A DNA stretch of 64,000 nucleotides from Rhodoferax sp. (GTDB lineage Bacteria; Pseudomonadota; Gammaproteobacteria; Burkholderiales; Burkholderiaceae_C): assembly GCF_028715765.1 (NCBI RefSeq), contig NZ_JAQURE010000006.1, forward strand, positions 10,764 through 74,763. The letters run 5' to 3'. Below, in pieces: positions 1 to 9,667 of the stretch (its first letter is position 1; each line of letters starts with the position of its first letter). Both the position numbers and the translations under genes were made by a program. The notes beneath the pieces were generated by a model. That model did not search any database and was not told the origin of the DNA. It saw nothing but the letters and a program-made list of their open reading frames with translations.

Positions 1-1
1 C

Positions 2-985
2 TCGCTCATTCGCTATGCCTCTGAGCAAGGGCACCGCACCTTTGTGGTGAGCTGGCGCAACCCCGATGCGTCGCTGGCCAAAGCCACGTGGGACAACTAC
101 GTGGAAGATGCGGTCATCAAAGCCATCCACGTGACCCAAGACATCACTGCCGCCAAAACCATCAACGCCTTGGGCTTTTGCGTGGGCGGCACCATGTTGG
201 GCTCAGCCTTGGCGGTGTTGGCCGCGCGTGGTGAGAAACCCGTGGCCAGCGCCACCTTCCTGACCTCGATGCTCGACTTTGCTGACACCGGCGTGCTTGA
301 CGTGTTCATTGACGAAGCCTTTGTGGCTTACCGCGAGAAAGAAATGGGTGCCGGCGGCCTGATGAAGGGCAAAGACCTGGCCATGACGTTCAGCTTCTTG
401 CGCCCCAATGACTTGGTGTGGAACTATGTGGTGGGCAACTACCTCAAGGGTGAAACCCCACCCCCGTTTGACCTGCTTTACTGGAATAGCGACAGCACCA
501 ATCTGCCTGGCCCTTTTTACGCCTGGTACCTGCGCAACACCTACCTTGAAAACCGCTTGACCAAGCCCGGCCAAGCCACGGTGTGCGGTGAACAAATCGA
601 CTTGAACCTGGTGGACATGCCGGTCTACATCTATGGCTCGCGTGAAGACCACATCGTGCCGATTGGCGGTGCTTATGCGTCTACGCAATATTTGCCAGGC
701 AAAAAGCGTTTTGTCATGGGTGCATCGGGTCACATTGCCGGTGTGATCAACCCGCCTGCCAAGGGCAAACGCAGCCATTGGACGCGTGAAGACGGCCAAC
801 TGCCAGCCAGCATCGACCAATGGGTGGCGGGTGCCACTGAGCACAAAGGCAGTTGGTGGACGGATTGGTCCAACTGGCTTGCCAGCCAGGCAGGCAAGCA
901 AATTGCCGCACCTAAAACCTACGGCAAGGGCAAATACAAGGTCATCGAGCCGGCACCAGGCAGCTACGTCAAAGCCAAAGCATAA
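2..985 (+). CDS. phaC: Class I poly(3-hydroxyalkanoate) synthase, C-terminal part (5' end lies outside the window)
   Basis: The frame is open from nt 2 (SLIRYASEQGHRTFVVSWRNP...). It has the lipase-box-like GFCVGG motif and conserved PhaC C-terminal blocks, and phaA and phaB follow directly. Confidence 0.9.
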   Translation, partial: SLIRYASEQGHRTFVVSWRNPDASLAKATWDNYVEDAVIKAIHVTQDITAAKTINALGFCVGGTMLGSALAVLAARGEKPVASATFLTSMLDFADTGVLDVFIDEAFVAYREKEMGAGGLMKGKDLAMTFSFLRPNDLVWNYVVGNYLKGETPPPFDLLYWNSDSTNLPGPFYAWYLRNTYLENRLTKPGQATVCGEQIDLNLVDMPVYIYGSREDHIVPIGGAYASTQYLPGKKRFVMGASGHIAGVINPPAKGKRSHWTREDGQLPASIDQWVAGATEHKGSWWTDWSNWLASQAGKQIAAPKTYGKGKYKVIEPAPGSYVKAKA

Positions 986-1025
986 TTTTTTAGTCAGTTT
1001 TTTTATCTAAGTCACAGGAGACAAC

Positions 1026-2204
1026 ATGGAAGAGATCGTTATCGTTTCAGCAGCACGCACAGCAGTGGGCAAGTTTGGTGGCTCATTGGCCAAAATTCCG
1101 GCACCTGACCTGGGTGCCGCCGTCATCAAGTCCATTCTGGCCAAAACCGGTGTCGGTGCTGACCAAATTGGTGAAGTCATCATGGGCAACGTGCTCACGG
1201 CAGGTTTGGGTCAAAACCCGGCGCGCCAAGCCTTGCTCAAGGCTGGCATTGCCAAAGAAGCCCCTGCGCTCACCGTCAACTGCGTGTGTGGCTCTGGCTT
1301 GAAGGCTGTGGCGCTGGCTTACCAAGCTGTAGCCACTGGTGACAGCGACATCGTCATCGCCGGCGGTCAAGAAAACATGAGCGCCGCACCGCACGTGCTG
1401 AACGGCTCACGCGACGGCATGCGCATGGGCGACTGGAAAATGGTCGACACCATGATCAACGACGGCTTGTGGGACGTTTACAACAACTACCACATGGGTG
1501 TGACTGCTGAAAACGTCAACAAGCAATACGGCATCACCCGTGAAATGCAAGACGCCTTGGCTTTGAACAGCCAACTCAAAGCCGCTGCAGCCCAAGACGC
1601 GGGTAAGTTCAAAGACGAAATCATCGACATCCTGATCCCCCAACGCAAGGGTGACCCGCTGGTGTTCAATACCGACGAATTTTTGAACCGCAAAACGAAT
1701 GCCGAAGCCTTGGCAGGCCTGCGCCCCGCGTTTGACAAAGCCGGTAGCGTGACTGCTGGTAACGCCTCTGGCATCAACGACGGCGCCGCTGCCGTGATGG
1801 TGATGACTGCCAAAAAAGCAGCCTCCCTGGGCTTGACCCCCATGGGGCGCATTGCCAGCTTTGCCACCAGTGGTTTGGACCCCGCCATCATGGGCATGGG
1901 CCCGGTGTCAGCCTCACGCAAAGCCTTGGCACGCGCCGGCTGGAGCGCTGCTGACCTCGACCTGATGGAAATTAACGAAGCTTTTGCCGCCCAAGCCTGT
2001 GCTGTGAACCAGGAAATGGGCTGGGACACCAGCAAGATCAATGTCAATGGCGGTGCCATTGCCATTGGCCACCCCATTGGTGCGTCCGGTTGCCGCATTT
2101 TGGTGACCTTGCTGCACGAAATGCAACGCCGCGACGCCAAAAAAGGCATTGCCAGCTTGTGTATTGGTGGCGGCATGGGGGTTGCCCTAACCATTGAGCG
2201 CTAA
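1026..2204 (+). CDS. phaA: Acetyl-CoA acetyltransferase (beta-ketothiolase)
   Basis: 392 aa thiolase II with the VNCVCGSGLKA active-site Cys region and C-terminal GHPIGASGCR...CIGGGMG. An RBS-like ACAGGAGA lies upstream. It sits in a phaCAB arrangement. Confidence 0.95.
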   Translation: MEEIVIVSAARTAVGKFGGSLAKIPAPDLGAAVIKSILAKTGVGADQIGEVIMGNVLTAGLGQNPARQALLKAGIAKEAPALTVNCVCGSGLKAVALAYQAVATGDSDIVIAGGQENMSAAPHVLNGSRDGMRMGDWKMVDTMINDGLWDVYNNYHMGVTAENVNKQYGITREMQDALALNSQLKAAAAQDAGKFKDEIIDILIPQRKGDPLVFNTDEFLNRKTNAEALAGLRPAFDKAGSVTAGNASGINDGAAAVMVMTAKKAASLGLTPMGRIASFATSGLDPAIMGMGPVSASRKALARAGWSAADLDLMEINEAFAAQACAVNQEMGWDTSKINVNGGAIAIGHPIGASGCRILVTLLHEMQRRDAKKGIASLCIGGGMGVALTIER

Positions 2205-2245
2205 GCCAGCCGTTATCATTTCAATTTAACAAAGAGGAGCATTGC

Positions 2246-2983
2246 ATGAGTCAAAAAGTAGCATACGTCACCGGTGGCATGGGTGGCATCGGAACCGCCA
2301 TCTGCCAACGTTTGAGCAAAGAAGGTTTCAAGGTCATCGCCGGCTGCGGTCCAACCCGTGATTACGCCAAGTGGCTGGCCGAACAAGCCGCCCTGGGCTA
2401 CACGTTTTACGCGTCAGCGGGCAATGTGGGCGATTGGGACTCCACCGTGGAAGCCTTCACCAAAGCCAAGGCCGAGCACGGCACGATTGACCTGCTGGTC
2501 AACAACGCCGGTATCACTCGTGACCGCATGTTCCTGAAGATGAGCCGTGAAGACTGGGACGCTGTGATCGAAACCAACCTCAACTCCATGTTCAACGTCA
2601 CCAAGCAAGTGGTGGGCGATATGGTTGAAAAAGGCTGGGGTCGCATCATTAACATTTCCAGCGTGAACGGTGTCAAGGGTCAAGCGGGTCAAACCAACTA
2701 CTCAGCGGCCAAAGCTGGCATGCACGGCTTTTCCATGGCCTTGGCACAAGAGCTGGCCACCAAAGGCGTCACGGTCAACACCGTGAGCCCGGGCTACATT
2801 GGCACCGACATGGTCAAAGCCATTCGCCAAGAAGTGCTCGACAAAATCATTGGCACTGTGCCAGTCAAGCGCCTCGGTGAGCCCTCAGAGATTGCCTCCA
2901 TCATCGCCTGGCTGGCGTCTGATGAAGGCGGTTATGCCACGGGTGCCGAGTTCTCGGTCAACGGTGGTTTGCACATGGGGTGA
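2246..2983 (+). CDS. phaB: Acetoacetyl-CoA reductase (SDR family)
   Basis: 245 aa with the TGGMGGIG cofactor motif, NNAGIT and YSAAK catalytic motifs. AAGAGGAG RBS upstream. Third gene of phaCAB. Confidence 0.93.
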   Translation: MSQKVAYVTGGMGGIGTAICQRLSKEGFKVIAGCGPTRDYAKWLAEQAALGYTFYASAGNVGDWDSTVEAFTKAKAEHGTIDLLVNNAGITRDRMFLKMSREDWDAVIETNLNSMFNVTKQVVGDMVEKGWGRIINISSVNGVKGQAGQTNYSAAKAGMHGFSMALAQELATKGVTVNTVSPGYIGTDMVKAIRQEVLDKIIGTVPVKRLGEPSEIASIIAWLASDEGGYATGAEFSVNGGLHMG

Positions 2984-3007
2984 TGTGACTCGCTGTCATG
3001 TTGTAGC

Positions 3008-3036
3008 AAAAAAACCCGCTTCAAGCGGGTTTTTTT
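3008..3036. terminator. Bidirectional rho-independent terminator between convergent phaB and rmlC
   Basis: AAAAAAACCCGCT-TCAA-GCGGGTTTTTTT: a GC stem flanked by an A-run and a T-run. Confidence 0.75.
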
Positions 3037-3082
3037 ATTGATGCTGGGATCGCAGTTGGCCGGTTGCGGGTGTGTTTCGTTG

Positions 3083-3634
3083 TTACGGAAATACTTCGGC
3101 TTCGACCAGAGTTGTCGCGGCCTTGTCCTTGGCCGCCAACAGTGGTTCGGTTTGCAGCGGCCACTTAATGCCCACCCTCGGGTCATTCCACAGCAAGCTG
3201 CGTTCAAACTCTGGATGGTAATAGTCGGTGGTTTTGTACAAAAACTCGGCACTCTCGCTGGTGACTAAAAAGCCGTGAGCAAAGCCTGGTGGCACCCAGA
3301 GTTGGCGTTTGTTGTCTGCAGACAGCATCACGCCAGCCCATTGGCCAAAAGTGGAGGAACTGCGGCGCAGGTCTACTGCCACGTCAAACACCTCACCTTG
3401 GGTCACGCGCACCAGCTTGCCTTGGGGGTGCTTGATTTGGTAGTGCAGACCACGCAGCACGCCTTTGGCAGATTTGCTGTGGTTGTCTTGCACAAACTGC
3501 ACAGCCAGGCCGGTGGCCTGGGCGAAGTCGCGCGCGTTGAAGCTCTCGAAGAAAAAGCCACGCGCATCGCCGAAGACTTTGGGTTCAAGGATCAAAACTT
3601 CGGGCAGTGTGGTGGGGGTAACGGTATAGGGCAT
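3083..3634 (-). CDS. rmlC: dTDP-4-dehydrorhamnose 3,5-epimerase
   Basis: 183 aa cupin with typical RmlC blocks (FGDARGFFFESF, RGLHYQ, KLVRV..GEVFDVAVDLR). Last gene of the rml operon. Confidence 0.93.
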   Translation of the reverse strand: MPYTVTPTTLPEVLILEPKVFGDARGFFFESFNARDFAQATGLAVQFVQDNHSKSAKGVLRGLHYQIKHPQGKLVRVTQGEVFDVAVDLRRSSSTFGQWAGVMLSADNKRQLWVPPGFAHGFLVTSESAEFLYKTTDYYHPEFERSLLWNDPRVGIKWPLQTEPLLAAKDKAATTLVEAEVFP

Positions 3635-3665
3635 GGTGGTTGTTTTATCAAAGGGCGGGGCAAGC

Positions 3666-4550
3666 CTATTTCAGTAAACCCAGCAAATATTGCCCATAGC
3701 CGTTTTTAGCCAACGGTGCGGCCAGTTTTTGCACTTGGGCAGCGTCAATCCATTTTTGACCAAAGGCGATTTCTTCCGGGCAGGCCACTTGCAGGCCCTG
3801 ACGTTTTTGCAGGGTGGCAATAAAGCTGGCAGCTTCCAGCAGGCTGTCGTGGGTGCCAGTGTCGAGCCAGGCGTAGCCACGACCCATTATCTCGACGCTG
3901 AGCTGACCTTTTTCAAGGTAAACGCGGTTGACATCGGTGATTTCAAGCTCGCCACGGGCAGATGGCTTGATGTTGGCGGCAATGTCGCACACCTGGCTGT
4001 CGTAAAAATACAGGCCGGTGACGGCGTAGTTGCTTTTGGGTTGCTTGGGTTTTTCTTCGATGCTGATGGCGCGTTTTTGCGCATCGAACGCCACCACACC
4101 GTAACGCTCGGGGTCGGTCACATGGTAGGCAAACACGCTGGCACCGGTTTGACGGGCGTTGGCGTGGGCCAGTTGTTTGACCAGATCGTGGCCGTAAAAG
4201 ATGTTGTCGCCCAGCACCAGAGCGCTGGGTTGGCCAGCCACAAAGTCACGGCCAATGATGAAGGCTTGCGCCAGGCCGTCCGGGCTGGGTTGCACTGCGT
4301 AGCTGATATTCATGCCCCAGCGGCTGCCATCACCCAATAAATCTGCAAAGCGCGGCGTGTCTTGCGGCGTGGAGATGATCAACACCTCGCGGATGCCTGC
4401 GAGCATCAGGGTGCTTAAGGGGTAGTAAATCATTGGCTTGTCATACACCGGCATCAGCTGCTTGCTGACCGCTTGGGTCACAGGGTAAAGCCGAGTGCCG
4501 GAGCCGCCAGCGAGGATGATGCCTTTGCGTCTAGTTGTTTGATTTGTCAT
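3666..4550 (-). CDS. rmlA: Glucose-1-phosphate thymidylyltransferase
   Basis: 294 aa with [15 protein letters not shown] at the N-terminus and RmlA blocks ([25 protein letters not shown]). Confidence 0.95.
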   Translation of the reverse strand: MTNQTTRRKGIILAGGSGTRLYPVTQAVSKQLMPVYDKPMIYYPLSTLMLAGIREVLIISTPQDTPRFADLLGDGSRWGMNISYAVQPSPDGLAQAFIIGRDFVAGQPSALVLGDNIFYGHDLVKQLAHANARQTGASVFAYHVTDPERYGVVAFDAQKRAISIEEKPKQPKSNYAVTGLYFYDSQVCDIAANIKPSARGELEITDVNRVYLEKGQLSVEIMGRGYAWLDTGTHDSLLEAASFIATLQKRQGLQVACPEEIAFGQKWIDAAQVQKLAAPLAKNGYGQYLLGLLK

Positions 4551-4567
4551 GCGGAGTCCGTTGAGTG

Positions 4568-5479
4568 TTAAATAATTTCAGCCAGCATGCGGTTCACCCC
4601 AGCTTGCCAGGGCGGCAGGGTTAGGTTGAAGGTGATTTGCAGTTTATGGGTGTTCAGGCGCGAGTTGTGCGGGCGCTTGGCAGGTGTGGGGAAGGCGCTG
4701 GTGCGCACGGGCAACACTTCGGTTACTTTTAATTTAATAGCTGGTTGCACAATTTCTGCTTGGGCTAGAACGTGTTTTGCATAGTCAAACCAGGTGGTTT
4801 GGCCACTGGCGACCAGGTGGTAGATGCCGGCTCGTTGGGTGGTATTGACCTGTTCTTGCGTGACTTGGCGGATGGCATGGGCGGTGATGTCTGCAATCAA
4901 ATCGGCGCCGGTGGGTGCGCCAAACTGGTCGTTGATGACAGTGAGTTTGTCGCGCTCTTGCGCCAAGCGCAGCATGGTTTTGGCAAAGTTGCCACCACGT
5001 GCGGCATAGACCCAGCTGGTTCTGAAAATCAGGTGACGCGGGCAATGCTGTGCAATCAGCCGTTCGCCTTCGAGCTTGCTGGCACCGTACACACTCAAGG
5101 GGCCAGTGGCATCTGTTTCTGTCCAGGGCGTGTCGCCACTGCCGTCAAAGACGTAGTCGGTGCTGTAGTGCACCAGCCAGGCACCCAGTGTGGCGGCCTC
5201 ACGCGCCAGCACTTCGGGGGCCAGGGTGTTGAGGGTGCGCGCCAGATCATGCTCGCTTTCTGCCTTGTCGACAGCAGTGTGGGCAGCCGCGTTGACGATG
5301 ACGTCTGGCCGAATGGCTTGAACCGTGTTAGCCAGACCTGCCAAATTGCTCAGGTCGCCGCAATATGCGGTGCTGTGGCGATCAAGCGCAATGAGTTCGC
5401 CCAAAGGCGCCAAGCTGCGCTGCAGTTCCCAGCCGACTTGGCCGTTTTTGCCGAGGAGGAGGATTTTTGGTTTCATCAT
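4568..5479 (-). CDS. rmlD: dTDP-4-dehydrorhamnose reductase
   Basis: 303 aa with [13 protein letters not shown] Rossmann N-terminus and the STDYVFDG / YGASKLEGE motifs of RmlD. Confidence 0.93.
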   Translation of the reverse strand: MMKPKILLLGKNGQVGWELQRSLAPLGELIALDRHSTAYCGDLSNLAGLANTVQAIRPDVIVNAAAHTAVDKAESEHDLARTLNTLAPEVLAREAATLGAWLVHYSTDYVFDGSGDTPWTETDATGPLSVYGASKLEGERLIAQHCPRHLIFRTSWVYAARGGNFAKTMLRLAQERDKLTVINDQFGAPTGADLIADITAHAIRQVTQEQVNTTQRAGIYHLVASGQTTWFDYAKHVLAQAEIVQPAIKLKVTEVLPVRTSAFPTPAKRPHNSRLNTHKLQITFNLTLPPWQAGVNRMLAEII

Positions 5480-5952
5480 TTTCCAAAACGGTGTTCGAGT
5501 TTTGCCGCTATGTGTTCCAGCGTTGCAACGACCTGTTTGGCTGCACCGATGGCGGCCATCAGCCGTTCAAAACGCTCCTGCGTTGAATCCGGGTAGTCGT
5601 GGGCAAATTGGTTGCGAATTTGACGCATGGCGTTCCACTCATCTGCACTGGCCAAATAGTCAAGTTGCTCCAGTCGCGCAAAGCGATCAATGGCTGGCAT
5701 GGCAGCAACTTCTTCGCCCAGCGCACGCAGGACAGCAGGCATCAAGCGCGCACCCATGTCGTCTTGCAAGCGGGTGTATCGGTAAGCAAACTGATCGAGC
5801 AAGCGCCGGTCGAGTTTGGACAATGTCTCCATGGTGTCTGGGGTGAACACATGCAAGCGGATGTCATCCAGCGCTTCATTGAGGGCATCTGCATGCCGCT
5901 GGCACTGCTCCAGGCTTTGGCTTAAAGCCAGCATGTTGGGAGAGTCTTTCAT
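5476..5952 (-). CDS. HEPN-domain protein (DUF86 / HI0074-like nucleotidyltransferase substrate-binding family), putative toxin of a type VII MNT-HEPN pair
   Basis: 158 aa, predicted helical, carrying the R-x4-H-x-Y HEPN signature (RNQFAHDY). Its start overlaps the MNT stop by 4 nt and its stop overlaps the rmlD start by 4 nt. Confidence 0.7.
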   Translation of the reverse strand: MKDSPNMLALSQSLEQCQRHADALNEALDDIRLHVFTPDTMETLSKLDRRLLDQFAYRYTRLQDDMGARLMPAVLRALGEEVAAMPAIDRFARLEQLDYLASADEWNAMRQIRNQFAHDYPDSTQERFERLMAAIGAAKQVVATLEHIAAKLEHRFGK

Positions 5953-6251
5953 ACGATTCGCAAGCCTGTGGTGTGGGCCACGTTGACAATCGGGCGCGTG
6001 TCGTTTGGGGTTTCAATCACAACGTCAATTTTGCGCTCGCCTAAACGGCGTTCCAGCTCGGTGAGAAAGCGTATTTTTCTCGAGAAAAGACCATCACCCG
6101 CTGCCTGATCGGGTCGCACCAGCAGGTCGATATCACCACCCTTTTTATCGTCATGCACGCGGGATCCGAACAACCAAACCCCCACGTTTGAGCTGAACGC
6201 CGCAATGCTGGCAGATCGGATCGCGTTGAGTTGATCTGGTGTGAGTCGCAT
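5949..6251 (-). CDS. Minimal nucleotidyltransferase (MNT, NTP_transf_2-like), putative antitoxin partner of the HEPN protein
   Basis: 100 aa counted from the internal ATG at 6251 (MRLTPDQ...). It has the GS-x(n)-D-x-D motif (FGSRVHDDKKGGDIDLLV). The longer track ORF reaching 6341 would overlap the rmlB 3' end. Confidence 0.7.
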   Translation of the reverse strand: MRLTPDQLNAIRSASIAAFSSNVGVWLFGSRVHDDKKGGDIDLLVRPDQAAGDGLFSRKIRFLTELERRLGERKIDVVIETPNDTRPIVNVAHTTGLRIV

Positions 6252-6259
6252 GAGGGTCT

Positions 6260-7390
6260 TCAGGTGTACTGCTTTTGCACCCAATCCCGGTAAGCGCCGC
6301 TTTGCACATGCGCCACCCACTCGGGGTTGTCCAGGTACCACTGCACGGTTTTGCGGATGCCGGTCTCAAAGGTCTCGGTGGGCCTCCAGCCAAGCTCGCT
6401 CTCGAGCTTGCGGGCGTCGATGGCGTAGCGGCGGTCGTGGCCGGGGCGGTCGGTGACGAAAGTGATTTGGTCTTGGTAGGGCTTGCCGTCAGTGCGTGGA
6501 CGCAACTCGTCGAGCAGTGCACAGACGGTGTGAACGATGTCCAGGTTGGCTTTTTCGTTCCAGCCGCCCACGTTGTAGGTTTCGCCCAGGCGGCCGGCTT
6601 CCAGCACGCGGCGGATGGCGCTGCAGTGGTCTTTCACAAAAAGCCAGTCACGAATCTGCTGACCGTCGCCATACACCGGCAGCGGCTTGCCAGCCAGGGC
6701 GTTGACGATCAGCAGCGGGATGAGTTTTTCAGGAAAGTGGTAGGGGCCGTAGTTGTTGGAGCAATTGGTGGTGAGCACCGGCAGGCCGTAGGTGTGGTGC
6801 CAGGCGCGCACCAGGTGGTCGCTGGCTGCTTTGCTGGCGCTGTAGGGGCTGTTGGGCTCGATATGGTTGCGCTCAGTAAAGGCTGGGTCGTCTTTGGCCA
6901 GGCTGCCATACACCTCGTCGGTAGAGACATGCAGAAAGCGGAAAGAGGCTTTGGTTAGCTTGCCTGGCATGGCTGAGGTAGGCATTGCCGAGGTGGCGGT
7001 TGCGCCCGAACTAGCTGCTTGCTTGGCCGGCTCGTCGGGCAGGCTTTGCCAGTAGCTTCGCACTGATTCAAGCAGGTTGAACGTGCCCACAATGTTGGTT
7101 TGGATGAATTCACCAGGGCCGTGGATGGAGCGGTCTACATGGCTTTCAGCTGCAAAGTTGATGACAGCGCGCGGTTGATGCGTTTTCAGCAGTTGAGAGA
7201 CCAGTGCCACGTCGCCAATGTCACCTTGCACCAGCGTGTGCAGCGGGTTGCCTTGCAGGCTTTGCAGGGTCTCGGGGTTGCCGGCATAGGTGAGTTTGTC
7301 AAGGTTGATGACCGGTTCGTCATGCAGAGCCAACCAGTCCAACACAAAATTTGCGCCAATAAAGCCAGCGCCACCAGTGACCAAAATCAT
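6260..7390 (-). CDS. rmlB: dTDP-glucose 4,6-dehydratase
   Basis: Start taken at [12 protein letters not shown] (ATG at 7390). Has the STDEVYG and YSASKA motifs. Carries a ~24-aa low-complexity insertion (see findings). Confidence 0.93.
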   Translation of the reverse strand: MILVTGGAGFIGANFVLDWLALHDEPVINLDKLTYAGNPETLQSLQGNPLHTLVQGDIGDVALVSQLLKTHQPRAVINFAAESHVDRSIHGPGEFIQTNIVGTFNLLESVRSYWQSLPDEPAKQAASSGATATSAMPTSAMPGKLTKASFRFLHVSTDEVYGSLAKDDPAFTERNHIEPNSPYSASKAASDHLVRAWHHTYGLPVLTTNCSNNYGPYHFPEKLIPLLIVNALAGKPLPVYGDGQQIRDWLFVKDHCSAIRRVLEAGRLGETYNVGGWNEKANLDIVHTVCALLDELRPRTDGKPYQDQITFVTDRPGHDRRYAIDARKLESELGWRPTETFETGIRKTVQWYLDNPEWVAHVQSGAYRDWVQKQYT

Positions 7391-7496
7391 ACAAACTCCC
7401 GTTTTAAATGGCCAAATTCTAGTGTTGACACATGCCAGCACATCAGACCTGTTGATGTTTCAAGTTTCATGCGCCCGTGGTCGATTGAGCACCGTT

Positions 7497-9452
7497 TCAG
7501 TTAGTTTCGAGTTGGGCAGACAAATCGAGCCACTGCTCTTCGAGAGCCTGAATTTCTTCATTGACTTGCTTGAGCCGTTTGCCTTGGTTGGCAAAGTCAG
7601 CGGGTGGGGGTGTTTGGCACAGGTGGCCTTCCAGTTGCGTGCCCTCCGCTTGCAGCGCCGCCATGCGAGTTTCGATGTCTGCGAGCTTGCGTTTAAGTGA
7701 CCCGGTAGGCGCAGGTTTGGCTTTGACCTTGGACGTCGCTGCCAGCGCCTCGGCCTGGGCTTTGCGCTCGGCCTTGGCTGCCGCGTTGCTGGCTTCGCGA
7801 ATGGCCTCTCGCTGGCGTTTGGCTTCATCCAGCAGATAACGCTGGTAGTCGTCCAGGTCGCCATCAAACGGGTCAACCCCACCGCGTGACACCATCCAGA
7901 ACTCGTCACACACCGATCTGAGCAACGCCCGGTCATGGCTGACCAGCATCACGGTGCCTTCAAACTCATTGAGCGCCATGGCCAGCGCTTCGCGGGTGGC
8001 CAGGTCCAGGTGGTTGGTGGGCTCGTCTAGCAGCAGCAGGTTGGGGCGCTGCCAGACGATCATGCACAGCACCAGCCGGGCTTTTTCACCGCCGCTCATG
8101 CTGCCCACGGCCTGCTTGACCATGTCGCCACTGAAGTTGAAGGTTCCCAGAAAGCTGCGCAGGTCTTGCTCGCGGGTTTGTTGACCGATGATCTTGCCCG
8201 CAGCGGTCAGGTCTTTGACCAGCCGAATCATGTGCTCCAGCGGGGTTTCGTCAGGGCGCAGCACGTCGAGCTCTTGCTGGGCAAAGTAGCCAATGTTCAA
8301 GCCTTTGCCCTCAGTGATGTCACCGCCGATGGCTTGCAGGTCACGTGCAATGGTTTTCACCACGGTGGATTTGCCCTGGCCGTTGGCACCCAAAATGCCA
8401 ATGCGTTGGCCGGCCAGTACCGACTTGCTGACGTTGCGCACAATCACCGTGGGCGGCGTGCCCTCGGGTGCGTCATCGGGCGCTGGGTAGCCAAAACTCA
8501 CCCCACTCATCGACAACATGGGGTTGGGCAGGTTGGCCGGTTCCTTGAATTCGAAGGTGAAGTCGGCCTCGGACAGCAATGGACCGATTTTCTCCATGCG
8601 GTCCAGCGCCTTGACGCGGCTTTGCGCCTGTTTGGCCTTGCTGGCTTTGGCTTTGAAACGGTCAATGAACTTCTTTAAGTGGGCAATCTTGTCTTGCTGT
8701 TTGGAATAGGCGGCTTGTTGCAGCTCCATTTTTTCAGCGCGCATGTCCTCGAACTTGCTGTAGTTGCCGCCGTAGCGCACCAATTTGGCTGTGTCGATGT
8801 GCAGGGTGACGTTGGTAATGGCATCCAGAAACTCGCGGTCATGGCTGATGACAATCATCGTGCCTTCGTACTTTTTCAGCCAGGCTTCTAGCCAGACCAG
8901 CGCGTCCAAGTCCAGGTGGTTGGTGGGTTCGTCCAGCAGCAGCAAGTCGCTCGGGCACATCAGCGCGCGGGCGAGTTGCAAGCGCATGCGCCAGCCGCCC
9001 GAGAAGCTGTTGACTGGATTGGTGAGTTCGGTGGTTTTGAAGCCCAGGCCTTGAATCAGCGCCTGTGCCCGTGCGGGTGCATCGTGCGCACCTGCATCTT
9101 GCAGCGCCATGTAGGCGTGTGCCATGCGGTCATAGTCTTCGGTGGCCTCGGCGGCGGTGACTTCTTGCTGGGCGGCCAGCAAGGTGGTGTCGCCATCGAC
9201 CACAAAGTCGGTGGCGGACTGCTCGGTTTCGGGCATGTCTTGCGCCACCTGACCCATGCGCCATTGGGCGGGAATGAAATATTCGCCACCGTCTTCGTGC
9301 AGGTTGCCGTTGAACAGCGCAAACAAGCTGGATTTGCCAGCGCCATTGCGCCCCACCAGCCCCACTTTTTCGCCGGGGTTGAGGGTGACAGATGCGCCGT
9401 CGAGCAAGACTTTGGCGCCGCGGCGCAGGGTGATGTTTTTTAAGGTAATCAA
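7497..9452 (-). CDS. ABC-F family ATPase (YheS/Uup-like, two ABC domains and a C-terminal coiled coil)
   Basis: 651 aa with two Walker A motifs (GRNGAGKS, GANGQGKS), two LSGG signatures and no transmembrane segments. The start codon appears to be TTG at 9452. Confidence 0.85.
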   Translation of the reverse strand: MITLKNITLRRGAKVLLDGASVTLNPGEKVGLVGRNGAGKSSLFALFNGNLHEDGGEYFIPAQWRMGQVAQDMPETEQSATDFVVDGDTTLLAAQQEVTAAEATEDYDRMAHAYMALQDAGAHDAPARAQALIQGLGFKTTELTNPVNSFSGGWRMRLQLARALMCPSDLLLLDEPTNHLDLDALVWLEAWLKKYEGTMIVISHDREFLDAITNVTLHIDTAKLVRYGGNYSKFEDMRAEKMELQQAAYSKQQDKIAHLKKFIDRFKAKASKAKQAQSRVKALDRMEKIGPLLSEADFTFEFKEPANLPNPMLSMSGVSFGYPAPDDAPEGTPPTVIVRNVSKSVLAGQRIGILGANGQGKSTVVKTIARDLQAIGGDITEGKGLNIGYFAQQELDVLRPDETPLEHMIRLVKDLTAAGKIIGQQTREQDLRSFLGTFNFSGDMVKQAVGSMSGGEKARLVLCMIVWQRPNLLLLDEPTNHLDLATREALAMALNEFEGTVMLVSHDRALLRSVCDEFWMVSRGGVDPFDGDLDDYQRYLLDEAKRQREAIREASNAAAKAERKAQAEALAATSKVKAKPAPTGSLKRKLADIETRMAALQAEGTQLEGHLCQTPPPADFANQGKRLKQVNEEIQALEEQWLDLSAQLETN

Positions 9453-9565
9453 GTGTGGCTTTTGGTTTTAATCAGTCATGGCGGGTTGAAACCTGCCCTA
9501 CAGGGAGCGATGACAAAGTTAGACAAAGGGGGTGGTCAGGGGTCGATACCAAAGTTTGAAGATAC

Positions 9566-9640
9566 GGCAATGTCAAGGGACGATGGCAGTGTTCGAAGGT
9601 TTGGCAAGATCAGGCGATAGGGCAATGTCATGGGTTGGGC
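9566..9640. repeat. Degenerate ~18-19-bp tandem motif x4 (GGCAaTGTCAaGGG-like) in the prmB/ABC-F intergenic region
   Basis: GGCAATGTCAAGGG at 9566 and GGCAATGTCATGGG at 9621, with weaker copies near 9584 (GGCAGTGTTCGAAGG) and 9603 (GGCAAGATCAGG). Read by eye. Confidence 0.4.
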
Positions 9641-9667
9641 TACTCACCAAATGGTGTAGGGCGGACT

